From: a virus
IMG/VR virus record: IMGVR_UViG_3300008108_000098
DNA length: 64,000 nucleotides
Direction: 5' to 3' (one strand)
The position numbers were made by a program, and so were the translations under genes. This document shows, in pieces, positions 10,815 through 21,054 of this stretch (position 1 is the stretch's first letter; each line of letters begins with the position of its first letter). The notes under the pieces are model-generated. The model worked only from the letters and a program-made list of their open reading frames with translations. It ran no database searches and was not told the DNA's origin.

Positions 10815-12187
10815 ACTATTTTGTACAACTCATATTTTCTTTTTGGTGTGTAGTTTTTTGATGTCGTTTCAATTCCATCAATCATACTTTCACACATTAT
10901 TTTATTTGTTAAGTTTTTTAACATAAATTCTCTACCGAGTACTCCCCTACGTTTTCTTTCTTCTCGTGACCAATTATAAACTTTCATGATAGCGTCCGCA
11001 ACATCATAATCATTAACTCTGTCATCAAAAATGTATGGTGTTGCGGGTGAACCATTTATGTTATGTGCTGAAGACCATACAGGTACCACCCATTCACCAT
11101 AGTTTAAATGTCCCCATTTTGTTTTGTCGTGTAAAGTTCCAAATTTAACATAATCATCCGCAGAAAATTCTTTACCGTTTTCATTTAATCCCATTTGATC
11201 TTGAAGTCCACCTGTAACATTTGCAATGATAGGTGTACCCGACATCAACGATTCTGCAGTTGTTAAACCAAATCCCTCATTATTTGCAATGTTAATTGTA
11301 CAATCAACAATGTTATATAAATTATTCAAGACATCTGGTTCAACTTTCATGTTGGTAAACTTCACATTATACTCTGGACACAAATCATTAACAACAGCAT
11401 TTAAATCTGTACCGTTTGTATCCACTGGTGAAGTATGCATTAAAAGTAAACAACGATCGGATTTTTCTTTTGGGAGTTTATCACAAAATAATTTGAATGA
11501 ATAAATCACATCCGCAGGTAATTTTCTTCTGATATTTCTATTATTATAAAATAGAATAAAATCGAATTCCCTTTCACCAAAAATAATATCTTTTACTTTT
11601 TTATTTTCATCCGTAGAAGTTGGTTGAAAAACATTTGAGTTGATACCATGAGGAACATATGATATTTGCCAATCTTCTAATGGTTTATATGTTATATGAT
11701 CTTTTAATTTACCAACTCTATTAACTATTCCATATGTTTGTTTAGATATACAACCAATCCAATCACAACTTTCGTAGTAATCACGATTATATTTTGGATC
11801 AGGTAGATCATCCCATATGTGATAATATAGTACAGGTACCTCTTGTCTTATTTCATGTTCGTTATCATATAACCATTGCCAATAATGTGGATCGGTAAAA
11901 TGTAAGATAGCATCTGGTTTTTCCTGTTTGATTAATCTTCTCAACATAAGAATATCACCATATCCATTATATGGTATGATTTTAACATCGGCATCTTGAA
12001 CCCCTGTTCGCTCTCTGATGTCTTTATTTAAATCGACAATTTTACCATTTTCAGGATGATTAATTGCAGCACCCAATTGAACCCAATCGTACTTGTGTAC
12101 AGTTCCTAAAACAATTTCTTTAGATACTGTTGCAACACCTGAAGTCATTCTCAAATCATCAGATAATAGTAATATTTTTTTTTTCAT
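10811..12187 (-). CDS. GT4 glycosyltransferase
   Basis: Motif NEGFGLTTAESLMSGTPIIAN. Confidence 0.7.
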   Translation of the reverse strand: MKKKILLLSDDLRMTSGVATVSKEIVLGTVHKYDWVQLGAAINHPENGKIVDLNKDIRERTGVQDADVKIIPYNGYGDILMLRRLIKQEKPDAILHFTDPHYWQWLYDNEHEIRQEVPVLYYHIWDDLPDPKYNRDYYESCDWIGCISKQTYGIVNRVGKLKDHITYKPLEDWQISYVPHGINSNVFQPTSTDENKKVKDIIFGEREFDFILFYNNRNIRRKLPADVIYSFKLFCDKLPKEKSDRCLLLMHTSPVDTNGTDLNAVVNDLCPEYNVKFTNMKVEPDVLNNLYNIVDCTINIANNEGFGLTTAESLMSGTPIIANVTGGLQDQMGLNENGKEFSADDYVKFGTLHDKTKWGHLNYGEWVVPVWSSAHNINGSPATPYIFDDRVNDYDVADAIMKVYNWSREERKRRGVLGREFMLKNLTNKIMCESMIDGIETTSKNYTPKRKYELYKIV

Positions 12188-12190
12188 TAA

Positions 12191-12424
12191 TTAAAACTTT
12201 GAACCACTTGACGCAAGTCCGTTATGATTTGAAATCATTTCTCTGAATTTCTCATCCTTATTGAATAAATCTAAAGATCTGTTTACAAGTTTTTGTAAGT
12301 TGATCGACCCATCTAAAGACGTAATTTTAAATTTTTTGTAAACATCCTCAAGGATATTAACACTCGTTAATTTAGTTTCTGCTTTCATATTAGTATATAT
12401 ATTTTTATATATTATAACCGTCAA
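12191..12424 (-). CDS. hypothetical protein
   Basis: 77-aa ORF. Confidence 0.35.
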   Translation of the reverse strand: MTVIIYKNIYTNMKAETKLTSVNILEDVYKKFKITSLDGSINLQKLVNRSLDLFNKDEKFREMISNHNGLASSGSKF

Positions 12425-12454
12425 AAAAATTCACCAAAAGGTGAATTTTAATTT

Positions 12455-12631
12455 TTATTGTGACTGTTCGTTATTTTGTTCCTCTTCGACTGTTTTTAAT
12501 TTCTCCATGATCATATCAACAATCTGAGTGTCATTAGATGATTGTTGAGTTTCATTTTGTAATTGCACTTGATTTACATTTACTGTAGGAACTGTAGTCT
12601 GTGATTTGTTTTTTTTACATCCGCAACCCAT
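12455..12631 (-). CDS. small Gln/Asn-rich protein beginning MGCGCKKNK
   Basis: Start taken as the internal ATG. The longer ORF would leave only 9 nt to the divergent gene at 12722. Confidence 0.35.
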   Translation of the reverse strand: MGCGCKKNKSQTTVPTVNVNQVQLQNETQQSSNDTQIVDMIMEKLKTVEEEQNNEQSQ

Positions 12632-12721
12632 AATAATTTTTTTATAAATATTTTGTTTATTACTTTTTATTCGGTATATTTTAAATATAAAAAAATAAGC
12701 AACAAAAATCAATAGTAATAA

Positions 12722-13411
12722 ATGAAAATTGGGGTTGGTGGTTGTTCACATTCGTCTTCAGGTTATGGTAAACCTTGGCATTTTTATATGGGAAACAAAT
12801 TTGATGCCAAAATAGTTATATCCTCATCATCCGGTCAAGCCAATGAAATAAACATTGAAAAGGTCAAATACATATTTGAAAAGAATCCTGATTTAGATTA
12901 TTTCGTACTCCAATTAACTGAACCAAGTAGATTTCTTTTACCATTAAGAGAAGACAAGAAAGAAGATCTTATATTTTTAGAAAGTCCTGATACCTTTAAT
13001 GGTATGAAATTTTATAGTGCAAAGTATAATCAAAATGATCAGATCATTAGAAAATTAACAAAGATTGATGTAAAATTTAATGATTTTTTTAAAAATCATG
13101 TATACACATCGGATTTTAATGTGAAATATAAATTAATACATACGATGATGTCCATACAACATTTATCTGATCACTATAATAAAAAAATGATATTTTTTAG
13201 TTGGTTTGTAGATGTGAAAAAAATTGCACACTCCATAGGATATGAATCGATAATAAATAAAATGAATGTTTTAGATGGGTGTGTTGACACATTCATTAAA
13301 GAAAATAATGTTCAAAGTTTACCAAACGATTCACATTATGGATCAGAATCACACGAAATGATTTTTAATCAGTACATATACCCACAAATAAAAGATATTA
13401 TAAAACAATAA
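12722..13411 (+). CDS. SGNH/GDSL-like hydrolase family paralog
   Basis: N-terminus MKIGVGGCSHSS; C-terminus NDSHYGSESHEM (D-x-H). One of 4 paralogs. Confidence 0.45.
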   Translation: MKIGVGGCSHSSSGYGKPWHFYMGNKFDAKIVISSSSGQANEINIEKVKYIFEKNPDLDYFVLQLTEPSRFLLPLREDKKEDLIFLESPDTFNGMKFYSAKYNQNDQIIRKLTKIDVKFNDFFKNHVYTSDFNVKYKLIHTMMSIQHLSDHYNKKMIFFSWFVDVKKIAHSIGYESIINKMNVLDGCVDTFIKENNVQSLPNDSHYGSESHEMIFNQYIYPQIKDIIKQ

Positions 13412-13413
13412 GA

Positions 13414-14121
13414 ATGGATAACAATTTTAATTTAGTAAAAAGCGTTTATAAAAGTAATTTTGAAACTATTAGAAATATAATGGATTTGTATGGTATAGAA
13501 CAATTTGATTTAGACTGTACATATTCCAAAGGGAACTTTTGGAAAAACTTACCTCATCCAAAACATAAGTCGGATATCTATCCCATTAATGATACTGTTA
13601 TAAATGCGAGTTCAGAAAATCTACCATTTGAAGATAACTCCATGAAAAGTATTATGTACGATCCACCATTTGTAATTGTTGGGAGTGGTAAAGGACACAG
13701 AAATAGTAAAGAAGGAAGTTCTATAATTGCAAAGAGATTTGAGGGATATGGAACATTTGAAGAACTTAAATCAAACTATTATAATTCACTTAAAGAATTA
13801 TTTCGTATAACCGATAAGGGTGGTTTTGTGGTCATGAAATGCCAAGACACGGTTTCTGGTGGGAAACAACATTTTAGTCATGTTATGGTTATGAACATGG
13901 CATATTCAATAGGGTTTTACCCCAGAGATATGTTTGTTTTGACATCCAACATAAGATTAAACGCTTTCAACGGAACTAAGTGGACTAAACAATATCACGC
14001 AAGAAAATATCACTCTTATTTTTGGGTATTCGAAAAAGTAAAACCTAAAGTTACTTATGATTTTATACCACAGGGTTCTGTGGTGTACCAAGATACATAT
14101 TCACTCGATCCCCAACCTTAA
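13414..14121 (+). CDS. putative DNA N6-adenine/N4-cytosine methyltransferase (DPPF motif)
   Basis: Motifs IMYDPPFVIVGSG and RITDKGGFVVM. Confidence 0.5.
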   Translation: MDNNFNLVKSVYKSNFETIRNIMDLYGIEQFDLDCTYSKGNFWKNLPHPKHKSDIYPINDTVINASSENLPFEDNSMKSIMYDPPFVIVGSGKGHRNSKEGSSIIAKRFEGYGTFEELKSNYYNSLKELFRITDKGGFVVMKCQDTVSGGKQHFSHVMVMNMAYSIGFYPRDMFVLTSNIRLNAFNGTKWTKQYHARKYHSYFWVFEKVKPKVTYDFIPQGSVVYQDTYSLDPQP

Positions 14122-14428
14122 ATTTAGAGCAAGTACCACCAGGAAATTCTAATACATGATCTCCTATACCGGTATACCTTGGGGGATTTAACTGATGTGG
14201 ATCGGCTGGAGGACAATTATGATGTATTTTACTTATTCTGTTATTCAATATAAAGACAATATCTAATGGGATTAAACAGTTCTTCATCCAAAATGAATGA
14301 TGTCCCTTACCCATTTTAAAGACCATACAACCATCCAAAGAATCTTTTCCCATCATTCCCCTTCTGATTGATTCATCGTCTTGTAGATACTCCGCATTAA
14401 ATAATTTATCACCAATTCTAACTGACAT
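14063..14428 (-). CDS. DUF192 family protein
   Basis: Motifs GMMGKDSLDGCMVF ... FWMKNCLIPLDIVFI ... HVLEFPGG. Confidence 0.55.
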   Translation of the reverse strand: MSVRIGDKLFNAEYLQDDESIRRGMMGKDSLDGCMVFKMGKGHHSFWMKNCLIPLDIVFILNNRISKIHHNCPPADPHQLNPPRYTGIGDHVLEFPGGTCSKFKVGDRVNMYLGTPQNPVV

Positions 14429-14484
14429 ATCTATAACTATTTTGAAATATCAAAGTTTTTGTTTATTTTATAAAAAATGTCGAT

Positions 14485-15054
14485 ATGGATCTAATTGAAA
14501 GTATAAAAGAAGCTAAAAATAAATTTAATAATAAAAACGTAGTTGATGAAAACCTTCCTTTTTTACATTATACCGTAGAATGTTTTAACAAATGTTCACC
14601 TTCTTCATACGGATCTAAAATTCAAAGTAGAATAAAACGAGATTATAAATTTGAAAATTTAACAACATCAACAAATCAGGGAGACTGTGTAATAACCACA
14701 GATAGTTTAATAGAAAAATTTCCTTGTTTAAAGGTTGGGGATCGATTTGAATTGAAATCAAGTTACCTATACAAAGGACCATATAATGATTCGTACAATT
14801 TTATGCAATTAAGACCATACCAAGATTTTGAATATTATATGTTTTTGGCAATAGATATTGATTATAATGAAAATGAAGTTAATCATGAATGGTATATTTT
14901 AAATAAATCAGATGTTAACCCTGATAATTTTAAATTATATATTTCACATGGTACAGAAGAAACTATAAAAGAAAATAAAAATGTCGAATGGAAATTACAC
15001 ATTGTAAAAAATTCAATTTATCATGACAGGTTAAAAGAATTTAATTTATTATAA
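14485..15054 (+). CDS. hypothetical protein
   Basis: 189-aa ORF. Confidence 0.45.
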   Translation: MDLIESIKEAKNKFNNKNVVDENLPFLHYTVECFNKCSPSSYGSKIQSRIKRDYKFENLTTSTNQGDCVITTDSLIEKFPCLKVGDRFELKSSYLYKGPYNDSYNFMQLRPYQDFEYYMFLAIDIDYNENEVNHEWYILNKSDVNPDNFKLYISHGTEETIKENKNVEWKLHIVKNSIYHDRLKEFNLL

Positions 15055-15055
15055 T

Positions 15056-15244
15056 ATGGAAAATATTTTTGGTGGAATGATAGAATTCCAAAATGAAGAG
15101 GAGTTTGAAAGTTTTGTAAGTGAAATTAATCAAGAAAATGCATTCAAGATAATTGAGAAGGCAATTGAGTACGCATACTTAAACAATATGTTTACGGTAC
15201 AAGAAACATATGTAATATACAAATCACTTAAAAAATTAAAATGA
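15056..15244 (+). CDS. hypothetical small acidic protein
   Basis: 62-aa ORF. Confidence 0.35.
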   Translation: MENIFGGMIEFQNEEEFESFVSEINQENAFKIIEKAIEYAYLNNMFTVQETYVIYKSLKKLK

Positions 15245-15400
15245 AAAAAAAGTACGATAAAGATTTTTTTATATATAACAAAAGACATCATTGGTTTATT
15301 ATACCAACATTTGTATTTTTTTATAACAAAGAAACATTTTTGGAAACCGGTGTTTACACACCATCATGGGGAATTACGATTAGGTGGTTAACATTTATGA

Positions 15401-16525
15401 TTGGATTTCAAATTCAAGAAGTATATTAATATGAACAATATAGACAAACAATACCAACAACTCCTTAAAGATATAATCGATAATGGGGTTGAAAAAAAAG
15501 ATAGAACCGGAACAGGAACCATTTCAGTATTCGGCAGACAAATTCGTCATAAAATGAATGAAGGATTTCCATTACTAACAACCAAGAAAATGCATTGGAA
15601 TTCAGTTGTTGTGGAATTGCTATGGTTCCTTCGTGGAGATACTAACATCAAATTTTTATTGGATTACGATTGTCATATTTGGGATGGTGATGCTTATAAA
15701 AATTATTCAAAAAATATATTGGCAAATAATCTTGAATTGATGCCAGCATCTGATTTACCAAAAACAAAAGAAGAATTCATCAAAAGGATTAAAACCGATG
15801 ATGAGTTTGCTAAGACGTGGGGTGAGTTAGGACCAATCTATGGTAAGCAATGGAGAAATTGGGAAAGTGTGGATACCAGTCAATATTGGCAAGAAGATTG
15901 GAGTAGCAAAGATACTGACCAAATCGCAAACCTAATTGAACAACTCAAAACAAACCCAGATAGTAGAAGATTAATGGTTAATGCTTGGAATGTGGGTCAG
16001 TTAGATCAAATGGTTTTACCACCTTGTCATTATGGATTTCAAATTTATACGAGAGAGCTATCGATAATGGAAAGAGTTAATTTAGGTGATTTCAGATTTG
16101 GTTCAACTGTAACGGATGATATGTGTGATAAACAAGACCTTCCCAAAAGAGCAATCTCCTTAATGTGGAATCAAAGAAGTGTAGATACATTTTTAGGATT
16201 ACCATTCAACATCGCATCATATGGATTACTATTGGAAATCATAGCAAAGGAAGTGAATATGGTACCCGACGAATTGATTGGCAATTTAGGTGATGTTCAT
16301 TTATATTCTAACCATATTGAACAGGCGAAAGAACAGATTGGAAGAACACCATATGAATTACCATCAGTAAAGATCACCGAAAGAAACTGGTACATGCACG
16401 AAGCAGTTAAAGAACATTTAGGTGAAAAAACTTTGGATGAGAAACTTAAAAGTTATAGACCTGATTGTTTTGAATTAATAGATTACCAATCTCATCCTAA
16501 ATTAAGAGCACCATTATCTAATTAA
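15401..16525 (+). CDS. thyA: thymidylate synthase with extra insertions
   Basis: Motifs DRTGTGT, LLWFLRGDTN, LPPCH, LGLPFNIASY, DVHLYSNH. 374 aa. Confidence 0.9.
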   Translation: MDFKFKKYINMNNIDKQYQQLLKDIIDNGVEKKDRTGTGTISVFGRQIRHKMNEGFPLLTTKKMHWNSVVVELLWFLRGDTNIKFLLDYDCHIWDGDAYKNYSKNILANNLELMPASDLPKTKEEFIKRIKTDDEFAKTWGELGPIYGKQWRNWESVDTSQYWQEDWSSKDTDQIANLIEQLKTNPDSRRLMVNAWNVGQLDQMVLPPCHYGFQIYTRELSIMERVNLGDFRFGSTVTDDMCDKQDLPKRAISLMWNQRSVDTFLGLPFNIASYGLLLEIIAKEVNMVPDELIGNLGDVHLYSNHIEQAKEQIGRTPYELPSVKITERNWYMHEAVKEHLGEKTLDEKLKSYRPDCFELIDYQSHPKLRAPLSN

Positions 16526-16529
16526 AGAT

Positions 16530-17231
16530 ATGAAATTAGATTTGTTAAAAATAACCGCGATATGTTTACAAGGAAGGAAATCTGATTTTGATAATAATCT
16601 TATTTCAAGAGTAAAAAAGAATTTAACCTACATGACACGTTTCTTTAATTTTAAAGAAATAATCTACATAAGTGATATTGATCCTGAAGTAGAAGGGGTA
16701 AAGTTTATACATACGGATCCAATTAGTTACTACGAATATAACAAATGGTGTCTACATAATATATCTGATTATATTAACAGTGAATATGCATTATTATTTC
16801 AGGATGACGGTTGGCCAATCAATCCCGAATATTGGTCAGATGAATTTCTTGATTATGATTACGTAGGTGCACCAATCGGTGCTAAACAGAAGGGTGTGAT
16901 GTTTCATCCTGAAGATAGGATTGGTGGGGGCGGATTTACTTTAAGATCAAAAAGATTTATGGAATTCACAAAAAAATTTGAATTTCATGATGTATATGGA
17001 GATTCCCCTAATGAGGATACCTTCATTACATGTATGATTAGAAATGAGATCTTTAATAATGGTATGAAAATATGTCCATATAATATCGCAAGAAAATTTG
17101 TTGTGCAGATGCCAATAGACGATAATCACACCATTTACAATTCTTTCGGATATCACGGAAGAACTTTAGGTAACTTAGAGATTTCGGATTCTATTATATC
17201 GGAAAAATTAAAGTCTTTGGTGGAAACGTAG
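16530..17231 (+). CDS. hypothetical protein, possibly glycosyltransferase-like
   Basis: Motifs LFQDDGWP ... GGGGFTLRS. Confidence 0.35.
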   Translation: MKLDLLKITAICLQGRKSDFDNNLISRVKKNLTYMTRFFNFKEIIYISDIDPEVEGVKFIHTDPISYYEYNKWCLHNISDYINSEYALLFQDDGWPINPEYWSDEFLDYDYVGAPIGAKQKGVMFHPEDRIGGGGFTLRSKRFMEFTKKFEFHDVYGDSPNEDTFITCMIRNEIFNNGMKICPYNIARKFVVQMPIDDNHTIYNSFGYHGRTLGNLEISDSIISEKLKSLVET

Positions 17232-17235
17232 ATTA

Positions 17236-17370
17236 TTATCTACCTTGACCCCTATAGTTTCTTTCAGATCTGTCGTGTTTGTTCTTGGTTTTTGCAGCCT
17301 TTCCCCCTTTTCTTTTACCAAAAGAGATTTTTCTTGACTCACCACCTTTTGAAGATTTACCCTTAGCCAT
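17236..17370 (-). CDS. small highly basic protein (44 aa)
   Basis: Translates as MAKGKSSKGGESRKISFGKRKGGKAAKTKNKHDRSERNYRGQGR. Below the ORF-track cutoff. TTTTTTGTGAAAT element lies upstream. Confidence 0.35.
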   Translation of the reverse strand: MAKGKSSKGGESRKISFGKRKGGKAAKTKNKHDRSERNYRGQGR

Positions 17371-17444
17371 AAAATTAATTTTTTATATAAATAAGTATTT
17401 CACAAAAAATTTTCTTATATTTGTAATATAAATAAAATAAGATT

Positions 17445-19247
17445 ATGCAAGAACTTTTGACTCAAAAATTTCAGTATGCGGTCATAATTCCATATAAAGA
17501 TTATTGTAATATTTTAGACGAACCCGTTTTTAAAAATTTTAACGAAGATGAATACCTTTTTTCAAAAAGTCGACAGTTCCAAGTGGCGTTACCCCCACCA
17601 ACTAAAAAAAACATATCTTATTTTAACAAAGGGACAGAAAACGAAAAAGATATTAAAGTCAAACTAATAAACCCATTAAAAAGTGAGTTTTACACCACAA
17701 ATGATAGACAAATAAAGAGACACTTTGGGAGACCTTTTAGTGAAATATCAATCCATACGATTGAAAGAAAAATAGTAAAAAGAGGAGATAAGATAACCAT
17801 CAAAACATATAGAGGTCAAAAAATACGATCTGTTAATCACAAATTCTTTAGAAGGTTTTATACCAGCATATCAATCTCTATTAATATTAAAACGGGTAAT
17901 TTTATTATAACTAAATCTTCTAAGACAGGTAAGACCAGAAGTAGTACTTTCAAAACGAATTGTTTTAACCATTTAACAGAAAATTTTCTTGATCCAATGT
18001 TCTCAATAGGACTACACAGTTTAAGAGAAAAGGAGAAATCAAGATATAAAGTTGGTAAAATGTTTGAGAAACAATTTGACGATAAAGTTTTCATAACAGA
18101 ACTTGAAAAAGTATTAGGTGATCAAAGAGGAACACATAAGTGGGATAAGAAAAATTTTTATAATTCAGTTTTAAATTTATTTATTGATAAGAAAAAAATT
18201 AAAATACCAAACGGAAATTACAAATACTGGATCGAAAACTTTTATCCAACTGAAAAATATCTTAAAAAAAATGATAGAAAATTATTCGCATCTGTGTTAG
18301 ATATGATTGGTATTAAATCAAAAGTGACAGTAAAAATACTTCATGATAATCCTGAAATTGATTTACATGGTTTATATGTTATATGTAGATTATTTGGTAA
18401 TGATTATCAGAAATATGTTGGTAATATAAAAAGTGTGATTTTAACAAACTCATTAAGAGATTCATCCTCACATTTAAATTGTCAAAATAAACATTCAATA
18501 TTAAATGACACCATTAAAAATAGGATTTTTGACTTATCAACATCAGAAAAAGATTGTTTATTAAAATTAATAAATTCAACCAAAATAGGTGAGGATACTT
18601 TAATACAACATAATAAAATTAGTCTTCTAATGGATCATGTAAATATGATTCAAAAATTAAGACCGTTTGACCCTAACATTAAATTCAATGCAAGAAACAT
18701 GACGGAATTTCAAGACGAGCATAGAGAGTTTTCCAAAATGATTTCTGCAATTAGAAAGGGATGGGTCTTAGAATACAAATACGATGAAAGATTATTAAAA
18801 GAATTACAGGTTCCAATCAATAGTCATTATTTTCTCGATGAAAATGAAACTGAAGCGGCGATGGAAATAATATATCCTAAAGTACTAACAAGAGAGGAAG
18901 AATATGCCGAAGAGGGATCTTTCATGCATCACTGTGTGGCGAGTTATTCTGATAAAGATACATCAATGATAATTTCATTAAGAACCGAATCACATGAGAA
19001 TAGGGTAACTTGTGAATTTGAAATCCAAACAGGTAAGTGTATACAAACAAGACATTTTTGTAATGGAGTACCCCCGAAAATGTTTGATGAAGCAATTCTT
19101 ATTGTAAAAGAAAAGGTAATTAGGAATGCTAAATGGGGTACATTAAATTGGAAAGAAAAAATTAAAGTACCGGTGAAAGTTAATGGTAAAAGTATAGACA
19201 TTGAATTATTAAATCCAACCAGAAATGTTTTTGATATAATGTTTTAA
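17445..19247 (+). CDS. PcfJ-like protein
   Basis: C-terminus GSFMHHCVASYSDKDTSMIISLR. Central region paralogous to 19294..20688. TATATTTG -7 box at 17416-17423. Confidence 0.5.
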   Translation: MQELLTQKFQYAVIIPYKDYCNILDEPVFKNFNEDEYLFSKSRQFQVALPPPTKKNISYFNKGTENEKDIKVKLINPLKSEFYTTNDRQIKRHFGRPFSEISIHTIERKIVKRGDKITIKTYRGQKIRSVNHKFFRRFYTSISISINIKTGNFIITKSSKTGKTRSSTFKTNCFNHLTENFLDPMFSIGLHSLREKEKSRYKVGKMFEKQFDDKVFITELEKVLGDQRGTHKWDKKNFYNSVLNLFIDKKKIKIPNGNYKYWIENFYPTEKYLKKNDRKLFASVLDMIGIKSKVTVKILHDNPEIDLHGLYVICRLFGNDYQKYVGNIKSVILTNSLRDSSSHLNCQNKHSILNDTIKNRIFDLSTSEKDCLLKLINSTKIGEDTLIQHNKISLLMDHVNMIQKLRPFDPNIKFNARNMTEFQDEHREFSKMISAIRKGWVLEYKYDERLLKELQVPINSHYFLDENETEAAMEIIYPKVLTREEEYAEEGSFMHHCVASYSDKDTSMIISLRTESHENRVTCEFEIQTGKCIQTRHFCNGVPPKMFDEAILIVKEKVIRNAKWGTLNWKEKIKVPVKVNGKSIDIELLNPTRNVFDIMF

Positions 19248-19293
19248 TTAATTTAAACTACACATTTAAAATCCATCCATATATATTTTATGG

Positions 19294-20688
19294 ATGGATT
19301 TATTAATTAGGCACGAACAAGAAAAAAAAGATAAGAAGGGTACAGGAGTATCTATTTGTAAATTATATCTGTACTCGAATGATACAAACATACAATTCAA
19401 TTCAATGTTTGAATTAGACTATCATAGATATGGGTCCAAGAAACATATAACATTTGAACATTCATTTAATATTGATATAAAAAGTGGTGATCTTAAAACA
19501 TCATATAGAATTTTTAATGACGGATTAACCGATGATAAGTTATTTAGAAATTGTTATTTAGAAAAGTTAAATGACTTTAAATTATTTTTTGATTTAACAG
19601 AGAATGGTTTTTTACGTGGAGAAAAAAGAAATGGATTTTGGGGTGTAAAATACTATAAAGCAATTAATTCAGTGATCACTAAAACATATAACATTTTAAA
19701 AACTAATTTCATAAGTGATTATTATTTACAAAAAGATTACATAAATAAACCTGTGTTAAATTCTCTATATGATTTAATTGTGGATTTTCATTTAGATAGA
19801 AAAAAAATTAAATCACATGATAATGTCTACCATAACATACAATATGATTATCCCAAAAAGAAATATCTAATTGAGAATGATAACAAGTTTTTACCGGCAG
19901 TTCTTGATCAATATGGAATCAAATCAAAATATTTAATTTCCGAATTAAACAAACAAATTGATAGACCAATTTATATATCTACACTTAACTACATTTGTAA
20001 ATTATTCGGTGACAACTATCTTGATTATATAAAGAAATTTGATTGGGGGTTACATTGTTATGAATTACCATCAAATAGAAAAATTCACACGTTAAAAAAT
20101 GAATCAGAAAAAAGTTGTATGGTGAGTTTAATTAATAAATGGGAGAAAGACACACTTAGGACTGACTCGTTAGTTTATAACATAAATAAAATATTATCAA
20201 CAAGAGATCTATTAGAATCAAGAAATGTTAATTTGAAATTTAAAGCAAAGAACGATGCCGAATTCGAAAACCTAATGGAGACTTGGTCAGGTATCAAATT
20301 ACATTTTTCAAGAGGATTTAAAGTTAAATACAATTTTCCTGAATCATTTATTAAAGACATTGAAAGTCAAATAAAAATTGAAGACGATGTATATGAAGTT
20401 AAATTACTCACAAGCGAGGAAGATTTTAGAGTCGAGGGATTTGTTATGAAAAATTGTATGAGTAAACAATTTCCACACGGATCAATTTACATTTATGTCG
20501 CGGTCCAACATAAAAGAAAAAGAATAAATTTACAATATAGAAAAGGTAAACTTGTACAATCTTATGGAAAGGCAAATACACCAGTGACAGAAGATTTCGA
20601 GAACGCCATAGAAATATTAAGTAAAAGGTTTTATAATTATATGGATCTCGAATGGAACAAAGAAAAATATGACTTCCTAACCAATTGA
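19294..20688 (+). CDS. PcfJ-like protein, paralog
   Basis: Motifs GIKSKYLISELN...ICKLFGDNY and GFVMKNCMSKQF. Confidence 0.5.
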   Translation: MDLLIRHEQEKKDKKGTGVSICKLYLYSNDTNIQFNSMFELDYHRYGSKKHITFEHSFNIDIKSGDLKTSYRIFNDGLTDDKLFRNCYLEKLNDFKLFFDLTENGFLRGEKRNGFWGVKYYKAINSVITKTYNILKTNFISDYYLQKDYINKPVLNSLYDLIVDFHLDRKKIKSHDNVYHNIQYDYPKKKYLIENDNKFLPAVLDQYGIKSKYLISELNKQIDRPIYISTLNYICKLFGDNYLDYIKKFDWGLHCYELPSNRKIHTLKNESEKSCMVSLINKWEKDTLRTDSLVYNINKILSTRDLLESRNVNLKFKAKNDAEFENLMETWSGIKLHFSRGFKVKYNFPESFIKDIESQIKIEDDVYEVKLLTSEEDFRVEGFVMKNCMSKQFPHGSIYIYVAVQHKRKRINLQYRKGKLVQSYGKANTPVTEDFENAIEILSKRFYNYMDLEWNKEKYDFLTN

Positions 20689-20772
20689 TAGTCAATAAGT
20701 TATAAGATTATTATTGTACAATTTTTTATTTTCGAATTTATTTTCTATATTAGATATAAGTTATCAAACATC

Positions 20773-21054
20773 ATGGCAAAAAGTAAAAGACCAACAATAT
20801 TTGATATGGTGGACATATTATACAATTACCACCATGATTTATCAATTTCACTATACCCAAAAGGAACGGGTATTATGATTGATAGAACCATAACAAAAAT
20901 TGCATGTATTGCTTCAATCGAACACTGTGATCGTCAAATTAATACATTAAAGGAAAACAAAACAAAACCATCATATTCACCAAATAGATTTACGGATGAG
21001 TTAGTATATTGGATATCTGTAAAAGAAATTTTAAAAAACAAAATGTTATCATAA
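20773..21054 (+). CDS. hypothetical protein
   Basis: 93-aa ORF. Confidence 0.35.
   Translation: MAKSKRPTIFDMVDILYNYHHDLSISLYPKGTGIMIDRTITKIACIASIEHCDRQINTLKENKTKPSYSPNRFTDELVYWISVKEILKNKMLS

Noticed and set aside
15401-16525. Group I intron in thyA, as in the T4 td gene
   Set aside because: The ORF is uninterrupted, and the extra length is explained by in-frame protein insertions.
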